From NCBI GenBank assembly GCA_028534125.1, contig CM052817.1, forward strand, positions 2,544,001 to 2,608,000: a DNA stretch of 64,000 nucleotides. The letters are read 5' to 3'. Shown piece after piece: positions 12,471 to 29,834 of this stretch (its first letter is position 1; every line of letters begins with the position of its first letter). Source of the DNA: Lama glama. Its lineage: Eukaryota. The notes beneath the pieces are model-generated. The model saw only the letters and a list, made by a program, of their open reading frames with translations, ran no database searches and was not told the origin of the DNA. A program made the position numbers and the translations under genes.

Positions 12471-14734
12471 GGAAAGTTCTCAGGGCAGGAACGCGGGGCA
12501 GCGACGACCGGGGAGGGGCAGAGCCCAAGGGCTCAGGAAACAGCCCAGCCGCTGGCCTGCAGGTCGGCGCTTCTCCCTGGGTACCACCAGGGCAGCGGGC
12601 AGCGGGCAGCGGCCTTGACCTTCCTGGGGCCGGGGCGCCTCTGAGAATTTGAAGAAAGCCTTAAGCCACCCCCAGCTCCGTCTGGTGGAAGAACAGGCAC
12701 CCAGCGCGGAAGCCTCTCGGGCAGGTCCGCAGGCCCCTGAAGCCGCCCCGTCTCTAGCCTTACCTCCCTGGGCTCCCTTTGTTCCCCTCTGTCTGCAGGC
12801 AGCGGCGTCCTGGTGGAATGACTCTCAACGTCAAAAGCAAAACCAGAAAGAACAAGCCTTGCTTGGTAGCGCCTGCTGGTGTCTGTGGGGTAAATACCCC
12901 TCATGGCCAATTTCAAGCCACCGACACGAAGTCACTGGGCTGACGTCGCTGGGACGAGATGGGACGTCCAGCTCTCACTGGCCCCAGTGGCTCCCACACA
13001 CTGCTGCTTCCCCGCCTTCGTCCACGCTGTTCCCCGCACCGAGAACACCCTGCCTGGGCCTTCCCTGTCTGAGAAGTGTCCCCTGGCTCTCCGTGGTCAA
13101 TCCCCAAGTCCTGGGCTGTGTCGGGGCTCTTGAGGCCTGGACTCCCCTGCCGACAGGGCTCCATCACCCTTGCCCCCACCGCCCCACTGCCCCGCAGCCA
13201 CACGCTCCCTGGGGGCAGCTCTTTCTACTTCCCAAGCCCCCTGCATCTGCACCATTCTTTCCCTCCCCTCCTTTCTTCATTTTTTTCCATTCAACAACCA
13301 TTTCTGAGTGACCACTCTGCGCTCCACATCAGAGCAATAGGACAGACCTGGTCCCTGGCCTCGTGGGCCTTACAGTAGAGCAAAAGAACAGACTTCACTG
13401 GGGACTGCAGGAAGGGGCAGAGCTGAGGATCCTTGGGACAAGAGGAGTTACAGGGCCTTGTCCAGGGCTGCGGATATGAAAGACTCCCAAGGGCATGGAA
13501 GCTTGAGCTGAGTCTGGCTGGACAGCATGGATAGCAGAGCGGGAGGAGGGGCAGTGCTCCTGGCAGGAGAAGGGCTTGTGCAAAGGCCCTGGGGTGAGCT
13601 CACTCAGCGCCGAAATCAGACCCTTATGGCGAGAGGGCAAGGCCAGCAAGGTGGCCTTCATGGTCTCCTAGGGCGTGAACTCTGTCCTCAAGACAAGGGG
13701 AGACTCTACAGGGGCTTAAGGAGGTGGGATGGGACAGTCTTTGACACTTAAAATTAAAGTTTATTTTTGCGAAGGTAACACAGAGACATGATGCAGAGTC
13801 CCAAAGGGCAGCAGGGAGGAGTGGGCTGCCCTCTGCCTGCCTGCAGCAGACCGTCGGGTTTCCCGCATGCCAGCCCCCGGGACGATGCTCACCTTCTCCC
13901 GGGCCTGTGTCCATGTCCATCCAGTCATTTCAGACACGAGTATAAGCCCCCCCCACAGTGTCCTCTGCTCACTGATCCTCTCTGAGCCTTTCTGTCCTCG
14001 TGAACCACGTGTGCATGTGCATGTGCGTGTGTGCTGGTGAGTCCCCCTCCTGTGTGCCTGAGGGGCACCACAGGATGGGACACAGTGCCCAGCATGGACA
14101 CACGTCAGCCCAGCACCTCCTGGACCCCTTCCGGCTCCTCCCAGGCCCCCAGCCTTCTCTGCACCGGGCCTGGGTGCCCAGCAAGGCCTGGGGCGGGGAG
14201 GGGCCTGGGGCGGGGACTGACGTTCTAGCAGCACCAAGCTGGTTGCCCTTTGTTCCAGGCACAATTTCTACACAGTGGGGGCAGAAGAGCCCTGGTCAGC
14301 CTTGGTGCAGCACCTAGAAGGTCAGCGAGCATTAAGTGAGCACCTACTACGCGCTGGATGGACAGAAAACGCAGCCTCCGGATGCAGCCCCCAGCCCCGC
14401 CCCGTCACTGGCATGGGCCTGGATATGTCGTGACTCCTCCCTGGTCCCCAGGGCAGCAGCAGGAGAGCCTCTGAGCGCCTTCAGCTGTGGGAGGGGGACT
14501 CTGTGAAAGTATGCAGGCCTGAGAACAGAGAGGTGGGGTGAGAGGCACTCCGTCCTACTCGACCGACGGGCAGGGAGGCGCGAACGCGGGGCGCTGGCAG
14601 TGAGGCCCCTGACAACACAGGGGGCGTCGGAGCAAGCTGTCGCCACCTTCCTTCAACCAGCTGGGAGCCGCGCCGAGCGCCTCGGGGACTGCTTGTTTAA
14701 TTAATGGCAAAGCCTGGGTTTTTAAACAAAAAGA

Positions 14735-15235
14735 TTAATGCAGTCGCTTTGGAAAACAGAGTTACCACACAACCCAGCAGACTCAAGAGAAATGCAACAT
14801 ACATCTACCCAGAAGCTTGTACACGACGGGTTACAACAGCTTCGCTGACCAGAGCCGACACGCAGAAGTGATCCAAAAGCCCACCACGGGCGCCCAGGCC
14901 CGCGGGAGCTGGTCCGTCCGTGCAGGGACTGCTCTGCAGCTGCAGAAAGGAGTGGGGCCCTGACGTTTGCTACAATGTGGATGAGCCTCAAAAGCATGGT
15001 GCTCAGTGAAAGAAACCATTCACAAAAGGCCACATATACGCGATTTGTGCCCATGAGGTTCCAGAACAGGGAACCCTCCAGAGACAGAGAGCAGCTCAGG
15101 GCTCGCTGGGCTGGGAGGAGGGGGTGGTGACAGTTAACGGACAGGGGCTTTCCTTCCGAGGCGATGAGAATGTTCTGAAATGCACCTGTTTGTGAGGAGA
15201 CTACAAACGCCTGATTTGTACGCTTTAAAAAGGAC
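14735..15235 (+). mobile_element. L1MB-like 3' end
   Basis: tgctacaatgtggatgagcctcaaaagcatggtgctcagtgaaagaaaccattcacaaaaggccacata...gatgagaatgttctgaaa...gtacgctttaaaaagg. Confidence 0.85.
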
Positions 15236-16254
15236 ATTGTCTTTGTCCCATTTTCCAGGTAAGTAAGTAAAGGCACAGACAGGTGACAGTGACTTGTGCA
15301 GTCCATGAGGCTGAGGGACGAGGAGCTGGGATGGCTCCCCAGTGGGAGGAGCACGGGGCTGGTTAAGGAGCAAGTTCCCAGGGCCAGTGTGGGGTGTGCA
15401 GAGTGAGGGAGGCAGGCGGGGCCCGGAGGGAGGGGCAAGAGCCCTGTGGGGCCCTCTCCTCTCCCGCCTGCAGGCCCGCCGGCCCTGGGCCCCCACCCCA
15501 GCTTCAGAGTCTCCCCAGAACTGTGGCCCTGACCATCCTCATAGCCCAGATTCCAGCACCGAGTCTGGATAACCAACACATCCTGGCAAAACAAACAAGC
15601 CAGTGAACATGAGGGATGGCCAGGTGTCCACACAACTCTGCATCCAGCTGACATGCTGCTGACCATGAAAGTGATGCTGTTAATTCTGCTGGGACGACGT
15701 CGAACAACCAGGACTGTGCTGAGAAAACTGAGCTGTATGATCAGCCAGGGAATGAAAGGAGAGGGGACTTGGCCACAGCAATCCTGGAGGTCTTCCTGCT
15801 GGAGGAGGCACTTGACTTGGGGCCAGTCCAAGTCACCACCTTAAAAAGAGGGAACAGGGAGAAGACATGTGACACTAAGAAGGTCATCACTCGTCCCCAT
15901 GCCTCTCAAGCTGCCATCTGTGTGTAGCCACTTCCGGCACCTCCCCTCCACCCCCCGGGGCCCTTAGAGGGAGGTGGTGAGATAAAACCTGAGTGTATGG
16001 ACTCTGGCCTGGGAAGAAAGGGCGCCAGTCAGGGAGGACATCACAGAAATGACCCTCTGCCCCCTCCCCCCACCCAAGGCTGTTCAAGTCAGCCATTGAT
16101 TTTTTAAGTTGGATTTTAAATGGTTTAGAAAAAAATGTTTTCTTTCCTTCATCTAGAAAGTGTTTGCACTGACAGTGTGGAGGACAGCGGAGGGGGCGGG
16201 GGTGCGTGGATTTACACAGGGTACTGTCTCTGTGAGCAAAGGAGATGCCTCCCT

Positions 16255-16495
16255 GTGTGAGCACACGGTGTGCGCGTGTGTTTGCATGTATGTGTGTAGG
16301 TGCATGGCGTGTGAGTGCACATGTTTGCGCACAAGTGCCTATGTGAAGTGTGCATGCGTGTGCACACAGGGGTCTGCATATTGTGTGTATGTGTGTGCGT
16401 TGTGCTGGGGGTGTGTGTACAGGTATGTGTGTATCCAAGTGTTCATATGTGTGCACATGTGTGTATAAGTGTGTGCGGGCATGTGCGTGATATAT
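16255..16495. repeat. Degenerate (TG)n-rich low-complexity tract
   Basis: Imperfect gtgtgt/gcatgt/atgtgt runs. Confidence 0.9.
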
Positions 16496-17785
16496 AGAGA
16501 GAACTAAACACGTGGCCTCACGTGCGGTGGTGAACACTGCTTCAAAAAGCGTGAATGAACGGCCTCCGTACTTCCGCGCGGTCGGCTGGGTGTGCTGGGT
16601 TGGTTTTGTTGTCGTTCTGGCCGTGGGACAGGCGCCTGCTCAGGTCTGAGGCTGCTGCCAACAGCGCTCTCCTCCATGGGTTTGGGGGAGTCGTTTCACG
16701 GAGGACGGGAGGGCACAGCTGGGATGGGGCTCCGAGGAACCTGGCCCTCCGGACACACGGGCGGGCGGGACCGGGGAGGGGCTGGTCCAGGGCCGCGCAA
16801 CGTATCGAACGTCAGGCGAGCGGGGCTGGAGACTGACAAGCAGCAGCTCTCCCTATTGTCCGTGCTTAGGAAAATGGGCCACTATTGGGGTAGGAGAGTG
16901 AGTATCATCTCTTAATTAAGGGAATTTCCCACTGTTAATGTGATTTACAGAGAGAAGTTATAGAATATGTTGAAAGTAAAGCCTGAGACGATAAGGAAGG
17001 AAGGAAGTTGACGGCACATAAACTTTAAAACCTCCCCTTACAACACGGAGAGGAAACTGTTAATCTACGTGCTCCGCTGGGTGGAAGTGCGCCACATAGT
17101 GGTCACACGGAGGAATGCAGGCCAGAGGCGCAGGGCAGAACCTCTTACACAAAGAAGCAGGTGTCCTGGCAGAGGGCTCTGAAAGCACAGAAAAGCAGGG
17201 AGAAGACACTCCCGCAGAATTCCCCGCCTTGTTTTCCCCTTAATTCTCTCTTCCTCTGTGTGTGTGTTTGTGTGTGTTTGTGCTTTGCAGACAGAGACAT
17301 GCAGATACAGCCAAGAATTGGTGGGGGGTGGTGCAGAGACAGAGGCAGAGACAGTCGAGGGGAGAGGGTTCCGTGGCCTTTCTGCCTGCGAACATCCTCC
17401 CTCGCCCTCACACACCAGGAACCTCGCACACAGTGGGAGGAGAATAGACTATTTCCCCACCCCGTTCACGTCCGGCTCCACCGCGAGATGCCGTGTGGCC
17501 CTGGGCTCCCTGCATCACCTCTGAACCTCAGTTTCCCCCAGTGACACAGGAGCCTCCACCTGCAGAGTTTTCATGAGAAACAGACGAGGCAGCACCTGGA
17601 CTGTGCCCAGCAGACTGAGAGGATGGGAGTGTGGCTGCTCTGGAAAAGTAACTAGAGGGTCACTAGATGTGATTTGCCATGCTGAGCTCCAGTCCATGTT
17701 TCTCTGGACCTCTCTGTGGCGTGGGACACTGGAAACTGCTCCCACTGCTGACACACCCTTCCTCTGTCTCTTGACATCCAGTTCT

Positions 17786-17950
17786 CTCCCCTCCTCCATC
17801 ACCTCCCTTCTCCATCACCTCCCCTCCTCCATCACCTCCCTTCCCCATCACCTCCCCTCCTCCATCACCTCCCCTCCTCCATCACCTCCCTTCCCCATCA
17901 CCTCCCCTCCTCCATCACCTCCCTTCCTCATCACCTTCCTTCTCCATTTC
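17786..17950. repeat. Minisatellite, ~10 copies of a 16-17 bp unit (ctcccctcctccatcac / ctcccttccccatcac)
   Basis: Directly visible tandem units with 17-nt and 16-nt variants interleaved. Confidence 0.95.
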
Positions 17951-19919
17951 CCCAGCAGGTTCGTCCCCATCTGCCCACTGCAGCTCCTCCCCCTCTAGGC
18001 TCTGTTCCCAGCTCTCTGATCTTCTCACCCTGTACCCCATCCAGGGGATTCCTCCTCACCCGTGACTCAGCTGCCACTCCATGTTGGTGGTTCCAAGCCT
18101 GTGTCTCCAGTCTAGACCTCTCTCTGGGACTCTAGACGCCTACACATCACTGACTACAACTGTTCTGTGTCAGAGGCCCTGCCCACTCACCCCCAGCCCA
18201 AGTCCCCTCCCACCTGCCAAATCCACTTCTCTAGTCCCACCTCCTCTGGGCCCCCCCATCACCCCATATAACCCTTGGCCCACTCACTGAAGACTGACTC
18301 AGAGAGAGGCTGGCCACTTCCCTGCAGCCCTCTGTTACACCTGGAATGGGAACGGGGAGGAGGAGGTACATGGGAACCCAAACCCACCTTGAACACACTG
18401 TCAGTTGATGGTGGGTGACACTGGCCCAGATGCGGTAGCGACTGGACCAAGCTCACCCAGGACCGGGCCCCGGCTGAGCACCCCCCCACCCGCCGCCAAC
18501 TGCGAGTGTGGCCGATTGTCTCCGTGGGTTCGGGGAGGACTCGGCACTTCCAGGCAAGCTGCTGGATCAGAGATGATTTCCGTTTTTTACGTACATTGTA
18601 TCAGCAAAGCAATTTTTTCTTCTCTCAGCTCAGCTTTGGGTGTGAAATCATGCCTTTGTTGTTAATACTTCTAAATACAATAATCCCCTAAATTCAGAAT
18701 CACTGAAGAGAAGAACACGATAAACCAGACGGAGCCATGTGAGGCCCGGCCTTCACCTTGCTTGCATCTCCAGAAGGCCTGGGAGCCACCAGCGGGCACC
18801 CCATGGGTCCGAGGGGTGGTGGGTGCCCTGCCCCCGTCACAGGGCTGGCAGGAGGAACTGAGGACCCAGGCCCACCCACACGCCGCCTTCCAGCAAGGCC
18901 CTCTCCTGTCCTCAGAGAGCGGGGGCCTCTCTTACTGAAGAATCCCCGAGTCCCCAGACTTCCAGGGGAAGGAAAAGAACCAGACCCTTTTGGGGGGCTT
19001 CCGAGCAAGACTGGGACCCTTCCAACACTCAGCTCTCCCCAGCAACTCCTTGCAGAGCAAATCCGCAGCTGGTTACCTTCCTCTGAACCACAGGAGCCAA
19101 GCGCAGGGCCGAGCCTCGGGCTCCGCCTGGAATCACAGTGACTGGAGCCCCTCGTGGTGGTGAAATGTACACAGAGCTGCAGCCCCGATCCACCCGGGGC
19201 CTCTCAGGCATCCCCGTGGCCCTTCCATGCCCTCCTTGGTTAATCCGCACAGCAGCCCCCATGTGGGTAACTTTGTCCCACAGATGGAGGCAGAGACTGA
19301 GGCCCCGAGAGGGACAGGCCTAGTGGGAGGAGGGGGATGGGGTGGGACCCATCTTTCTCAACTGCGCTCTCTGGTTGGTCTCCCCATCTGCCTCCTACTC
19401 ACCAGCCTGCAGCCTGCTCACGCGGGGGCCCCTGGCTGCCCTGCCACCCACCCTACCTCCTCCTGAACCCCACAGTCCACCCCCGGGTTCTAAATTCTCT
19501 CTGCTCCTGAATTGGCCATCTCATCCCTGAAGTGTGTCCCCATCTAGCCACCACTGTCTCTGTTCCTCACTCTGCTCCCTGTTATCTGAGAATCCATCAC
19601 CCACCCCCATCCAGTCCCCACCCGTGCTCCACCCCAGCAGTGTTACCACCACACGTGGCACCCCGGTCCCCCTGGCATGGGTGGCTCTGTGCTGTGATTC
19701 TCCAACTGGCTGCATGTCACCACCTCCATCTCCACTTGTCTCCACTCTCGGGGCCCCAGAATTCGGCAGCCTGAGCATGGCTAAGAGGTCCCCAGCCTCA
19801 CACAGAATGGGGGAACCACAGTGCTCCCGGGCATGACACCTTCGCTCTGCTCTCCCATCTGGAAGGCAGACAGCTAAGGGCCATTAGTTGGGGTCCTGGC
19901 ACCATAGGGTGCTGGCTCC

Positions 19920-20367
19920 TAGAGGTGGCCCAAATACTGTCCCCAAACATATTTCTACATCCTGATCCTCCAAAGCTGTAGTGTAAAAAAAGTCTTTGGA
20001 AAAAGTCTTCGCAGATGGGATTGAGTTAAGGACCATGCCTTGGGGAGTGCACCCTGGATAAAGCAGGTGGCCCTAAATCCAATGACAGGTGTCCTTGTAG
20101 GAGGGAAGCAGGGGGAGAGTTGACCACACACACGGAGAGGACAGCGACGTGAAGATGGAGACAGAGATTGGAGCAATGTAATTGCATGCCCTGGGGCACC
20201 TGGAGTCCCCAAAGCTGGAAGAGGCAGGAAGGATCCTCCCTGGAGCCTCAGCCGTGCCAGCACCTTGATCTTGGACTCCTGGCCTCCAGACTGTGAGGGA
20301 CTAAGTCTCTGTTGTTTTAAGGCACCCAGCCTGTGGAATGTTGTTGCAGCAGCCCTCAGAAATCAAC
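19920..20367 (+). mobile_element. MLT1B-like solo LTR
   Basis: ggccctaaatccaatgacaggtgtccttgtagg...gtgaagatggagacagagattggag...aagctggaagaggcaggaaggatcctccctggagcc...ggcctccagactgtgag...gcagcagccctcagaaa. Confidence 0.9.
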
Positions 20368-21184
20368 TCCTACCCTTTCACAAGGAGCTGCCAAGTGCAG
20401 AGAAATACTGGGTGAACTGAGCAGGGGGCCTGGTGTGTGCACGGCTATGGCTGTGGTGTGATCAGAGCACAGCTGCAGGCGAGAGGCAGGAGGCGTCCTC
20501 CCGATGTCTGCACTATTACAGCCAACACCATCATGGCTACACACGCAGGGCTGAGCTTCTCATGGACATTTTCTGTCTGATCCTCACAACAACCCTGCAA
20601 AGCAAGGGGCATTGTTGGCTCCATTTGACAGATAGGAAAACTGAGGCTAGAAAGGGGAAGTGGCTCATGCAGAGCTGCCCACCTTATTCCCAGGAGTGTG
20701 GAGGAGACAGGTGGAGCATGGGCAGCCGTTTTGGGTCCATGAGGAGAGAGAGGGTGGGTGCAGCTTGGATCACAGAATGGAAAGATCAGAAGGACTGGAT
20801 CCCTGTGACAGCATGGGGTAGACTAGCCAACCCTGAGGCTGTCCAGCTGGCTGACCTGCAGAAGCCCTGTGCAGGAAACAAGACGTGTCCTACAATTTAC
20901 TACATGTCACTAGGTGGTGTGTTGTCTGTGTGGCTGCTCTCTTTGCTTTCAAGGTCGTTTGTTTAGTGATGATACCAGGAATAACTTGCTACAAGGGCGC
21001 GATCATGTGCACCCAGCACAGCCAGCTCCACCCTTGCTGTGGCTGACCTCACCACAGCTCTCCAAGAAAGGAGTGGCTGTGGCTACCCCCATTTTGCAGT
21101 TGAAGAAACTGAGGCTCAGAGTGGTTCTGTGGGAAAGTGAGTGTGTTTTTTGAGTGCTACGGTGTGCCAGATGCTGTGGGCGAT

Positions 21185-21490
21185 TGTATCAGTCGGCTCA
21201 GGCTTAAACAACAGGAATTTCCTCCTCACAGACCTGGAGGCTGGGCGTTCGGGATCAGGTGCTGGTTGCCTGAGTTCCCGGCGAGAGCCCCCTTCCCGGC
21301 AGGCAGGCGGCCACCTGCTTGCCGCACGCTCACAAGCCGGAAAGAGAGCCGGTGTCTCTTCTCGTGAGGGCACTGATCCCGTCACAGGGGCTCCACCCTC
21401 ATGCCCTCAACTACACCTGACCTACCAAAGGCCCCGACTCCAAATATCACCACACGAGGGTTAGGGCTTCCACGCATGAAATTTGGCAGT
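21185..21490 (-). mobile_element. MLT1A-like solo LTR
   Basis: gcttaaacaacaggaatttcctcctcacagacctggaggctgg...gtgtctcttctcgtgagggcactgatcccg...ccaaatatcaccacacgagggttagggcttccacgcatgaaatttgg. Confidence 0.85.
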
Positions 21491-21769
21491 GACGTGGTGG
21501 ATGCAGAGGTGAGTAAGGGGCACAAGGGCCCTCATCAGTGGATTGACATCCAGGAGGCTTCCTACAGAGAGAAAGCAGTTGAGCCGAGATTCCAAGTCTC
21601 ATTCCAAGTTCCTGTTTCTTCTCATGACACCACATTGACACCCCACATGACTCTCAGATCACTACCTGGTTTCACAGGAGGGGAGAGGGGCGGAGAAAGG
21701 CTTATTGTTCCCTTTATGTAGATGAGAATGTCCTACCCGCTTCTACAGAACCAGAGCAACGTGGGGTGG

Positions 21770-21935
21770 GATCTATCCATCCCTGTCCACCTACTCACCC
21801 ATCCACCCAACTACCCATCCATCCACCCACCCATCCGTCCACCCATCCATCCACCCACCCATCCATCCATCCACCCACCCATCCATCCCCCATTCATCCA
21901 TTCATTCATCTATCCATCCATCCACTGATCATCCA
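21770..21935. repeat. (CCAT/CCAC)n tetranucleotide tract
   Basis: Imperfect ccatccacccacccatccat array. Confidence 0.92.
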
Positions 21936-22949
21936 TGGATTTATTTGACAAAGATTCCTTGAACAACTCCCAAGGGCAAGACCTTTTCCCGCCTTCACCA
22001 GGTTAGTACCCACCCTCAAAATCTCCCATTTGCTGCTCTGCTAAGCCCTGGGCATAAGGTCCTCCCACAGGACATCATGCTGCCGGGGCCACAGTAACCA
22101 TGCTGCGGGCCTGCAGAGCCACCTGGAAACCGTTCATCTGGTGGCACCTTTGTCTCCATCCCACAGCAAAATTTCCAACCTCCAGGGGTCTCCCAGGACC
22201 CCTCTCACCCAGGCGGCCAGGTGAGCAGGGGTACTAGCGCCGAGGACAGGAGACATGCCTTTCCTTCCCACCCGCTGCTCCGTCAGCTGGGACCTGACAT
22301 TGATCTTCCATAAAGGGGGGGCCCAGCCAAACTCAAAATGGAAAACAGACCCTGGGCGGCTAGAGAACGGGCAGCCCAGACAGCCCAGGATCAAAGCAGG
22401 CTGGGCTGTCCAGCAGCCTCAGCACGGTGTCTGGTTGTCAAATTTGCACTTGGCAGTGCCTCTCTGCTCCCTCTCCTGGAGGGAAGGATGAGCCAGCAAG
22501 CCCAGGTGACGCCCCGTCACAGAGGGGCTCGAACTATGCCCCCAGCCCGCTGTTCTGCTGCCTGAGCATGGGTGCTGCTGCTGGGACCCTGTCCTCTGAG
22601 TGTCACGCCCAGCTTTGTGTTCAGCAGGTGTCACCTGCACCGCAACTCTGGTGAGCGGGTGCTCATTCCCGTCCACGTGTCCACCATCGGGAAGCTATCA
22701 GTGGCCATGTGGCTGGTACATGGCCGAGCTGGGACACAGACCTCCAGACCCAGAACCTTTAAGGGAACCAGTGCTGCTTCTCAGTGTGACTTTCCGTCCT
22801 CCTGCGGTCAGGGCAGGGTGGAGTCAGGCGCTGCGAGACTGGGGGTCCTTGTAGGGGAAGGACCCCCGTCGGGAGTGGAACTCAGAGAGAGCTCACAGTC
22901 TGACCGAAAAGGGAGAGGGAAATTCAGATGGAGAAGGCAGGACAGCCGG

Positions 22950-23210
22950 GGGTCTCTGCATCGGATAGCTTTTGCTACGAAACAGACCACAGCAGACGCA
23001 GTGACAATGATGATACGCATGAGGCTCGTGTGGCTGTGCGGCCTGGGGAGCTCTGCTGGGCTCGGGCAGCCTTGGCTGAGGCTGCCGGGGGTGCCGGCTC
23101 CATCCCCCGTGCCTCCGGCCTCAGCAGGCTGGCCCGGCACCTGCCGGGGTGAAAGCAGAGCCAGGAGGAAGCAGAAACACACAGGCTTCCGGAGGCAGAG
23201 GCTCTGAGGG
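22950..23210 (-). mobile_element. Possible old MLT1 (I/J/L-type) LTR relic
   Basis: ggatagcttttgctacgaaacagaccac...ggagctctgctgggctcggg...caggctggcccggc resembles old MaLR LTRs; weak. Confidence 0.4.
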
Positions 23211-25399
23211 GGCGCAGTGCCTCCTCCACCTCACTCTGCTGCTGGGGGTCAGAGGCTGCCCAGAGCAGGCATAGCCGGGTTACACAGCCAAGCCTGGGAG
23301 AAGAACAGAAGTGAATCCAAGGTCTGCAAGCTGCTGGAGCCTGAAAAGTCCCCAGGGTGGACACCACCATCCTGGCCACTGCCCAGCTGCAGGCCCCACC
23401 GCTGGCTACCCTGCCTTGGCCTGAGACGCCCCAGCACCTCCCCCCTTACTTCCATCTGGTCGGGTCATCTAAACGCCCGTCACGTCCACCCAGACGGGTC
23501 CCTGACCTCTGCAGCGACCCCCAACCCCGCATAGCTGCCCCGTTTGCCATGGCAGGTTCGCTGCCTGCCCCCCGTGGGGCCGGGACCCCGCAGATACCCC
23601 TGACCGGCTGAGTGAGGCTGCAGCGGCGAGAATGATGGCGGGGCCTGGAGCCTCACCTTTCTGAGCACGGCCTCGTCCATTATCTGCCGGGGGCGCTTGT
23701 CATCACACTCCGGGCGCAAATCAGAATCAAATGTGGTGCCCGGGACGGCGAGGATGCTCCATTTCACATTTGCAAAGAATCTGGGAGGGGGCGAAGCTCT
23801 CTTCTGTCAACTTGAAAGGAAAAGAGAGGCGGCAAGGAAGGAACGAAGCTGCGATAATTCTTTAAAACTTTGTTTTTCATTTTCCCCTCCTGGCTCCTTG
23901 GGCTCCGAGATAGAGCGGGCCGAATCCCACAAGAAAGACGGCTCGGTCAGGGCCTAAGCAAAGCCACGTGTCTCTGTAGCTCTTTAGATGCCTTGAAATG
24001 TTTTGCAAATGTCCGGGCCCCCAAACTCTCAAGAGTGTTTGCGGGAGAACGCTTCTCCGCGGAGGCCGAAGGGGGCTATTTCTCAGATCCCAGGCGGCCT
24101 CGGCCATATGCCTTTCCTCACGCCCCCTGTTCCAGCCCCGCGTGGGGATCACAGACGTTGACCGTTGATTAACAGCCATCGGGCACTTCATTCCTACAAT
24201 GGAGTCTAGCCGTCCAGCAGAGGAGGGGAGGATGCTCTGAACAGTGAAGTGCCCGCCTCCCTGCCCCAGTACCCACAGCGGGGCGTGTCCATGGGCCTGT
24301 CCGGAGGTCCTCCCTCTGTCCAGGGCTGGATCCCCTCCAGCCACTCCTGACTCTGAGTGGCCCTTCCAGCTCCTGCTGCACACCTCTGAGGACAGGCTGC
24401 TCCCTGGCCAGAAGGAGCCTTGTGTTCCCCATGAGGCAGGCTCGTCTGTGTATTTACAGTCTTGTCATCGTGGAAGGACCCTCAGACCATGCAGTCTCCA
24501 GGGCAGCTTGTGTCCTCCCCGACTTGTACTTGTGCCACTGCAACAAGAGTGCCCACTGGCTCCTCCTCATCCTCTCTCTGCCCTGGGATGCTGACCTGGA
24601 AGGGCGCATCCACTGGCCTGTGCCTTCCAGCGGGACGTGGCCAATAGGGAGCCCAGTGGGGATCAGAGGGAGGGGAAGAGCAAGGGCAGAGTCCTCAGGG
24701 CCCCGGTGCCTCCCTGTGAGGTCACAGGAGCTGGGGTGTCTGCAACTGAAGCTCTCTGTCCCTTTCTCTCTCTTTCTTTCCCTCCGTCTCTTTCCTCTCC
24801 CCTCCTCCTCCCTCTCCCCACTCCGTCTCTCTTGTGCTGCAAGAACTGCTCCCTCCCCTTGTCCCGTCAGGACTAGAAGAGGTAGCAGCTCAGCTGCTAC
24901 AAACCCTGGCACTAAACCCTCCCTCGTGGTCCTGCACAGCCACACATTTGCCACTAAGCCCCTCTTACGATCCTGCCTTCAATATTCCCTCTGGTCCTGG
25001 TGGTCCCTTGATGACACACACATCCCTATATAACGCTGTCTTAGGGGGTGAGCAGAGAGCCTTGGAGTGGCCAGCCCTGGGGCCTTGGCTCAGCTGCCAC
25101 TCTGCTGGAGACAGAACACACCCATCATACAGACTCAGCAAACCTAGGGGGGACCTGCTGTAAACCAAAGCCAGCCAGGTGCCCTGTACCCATCATCTGC
25201 TTTGATCCCCAGGACAGCTAGAAGTTGGGCATTAGTGTTTGTTCAGTGCACAAACAAAGGAATGCTTGGATGGGGTAGATTCCAAGCTTTGCCAAGTTAC
25301 AGCCCAGCAGGTTGAAGGAGGAGGCATGACCAACTTGAAGAGTAAACACTGAGCAGGTGAAGGAGTCATGATGGAGAGCAGAGGCTGACCTGAAACAGA

Positions 25400-25575
25400 A
25401 AAGCAGAGTCCAGGGTGCAAATCCTAGCTCTGCCTCATCAGCTGTGTGACCTTGGACAGGTGTCTGAATGTCTCTGTGCTTCAGCCTCTTTACCTGCACA
25501 ACAGAACAGAGAAATTCTATCCAGCCTCCTTTCTGTGCTAGGGTGTTGTACAGGTCAAATGAGGAAATGATTTGT
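25400..25575 (+). mobile_element. MIR SINE
   Basis: gggtgcaaatcctagctctgcctcatcagctgtgtgaccttggacaggtgtctgaatgtctctgtgcttcagcctctttacctgca. Confidence 0.8.
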
Positions 25576-25619
25576 AGGTGATAAAATCCTGCCTGTGAAA
25601 ATTACCCAACTACCAGCCC

Positions 25620-29830
<4,211 letters not shown>

Positions 29831-29834
29831 GGAA

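Noticed and set aside
14722..15831. Longest ORF in the track (369 aa, minus strand)
   Set aside because: No recognisable domain, and its second half is the antisense of an L1MB 3' end.
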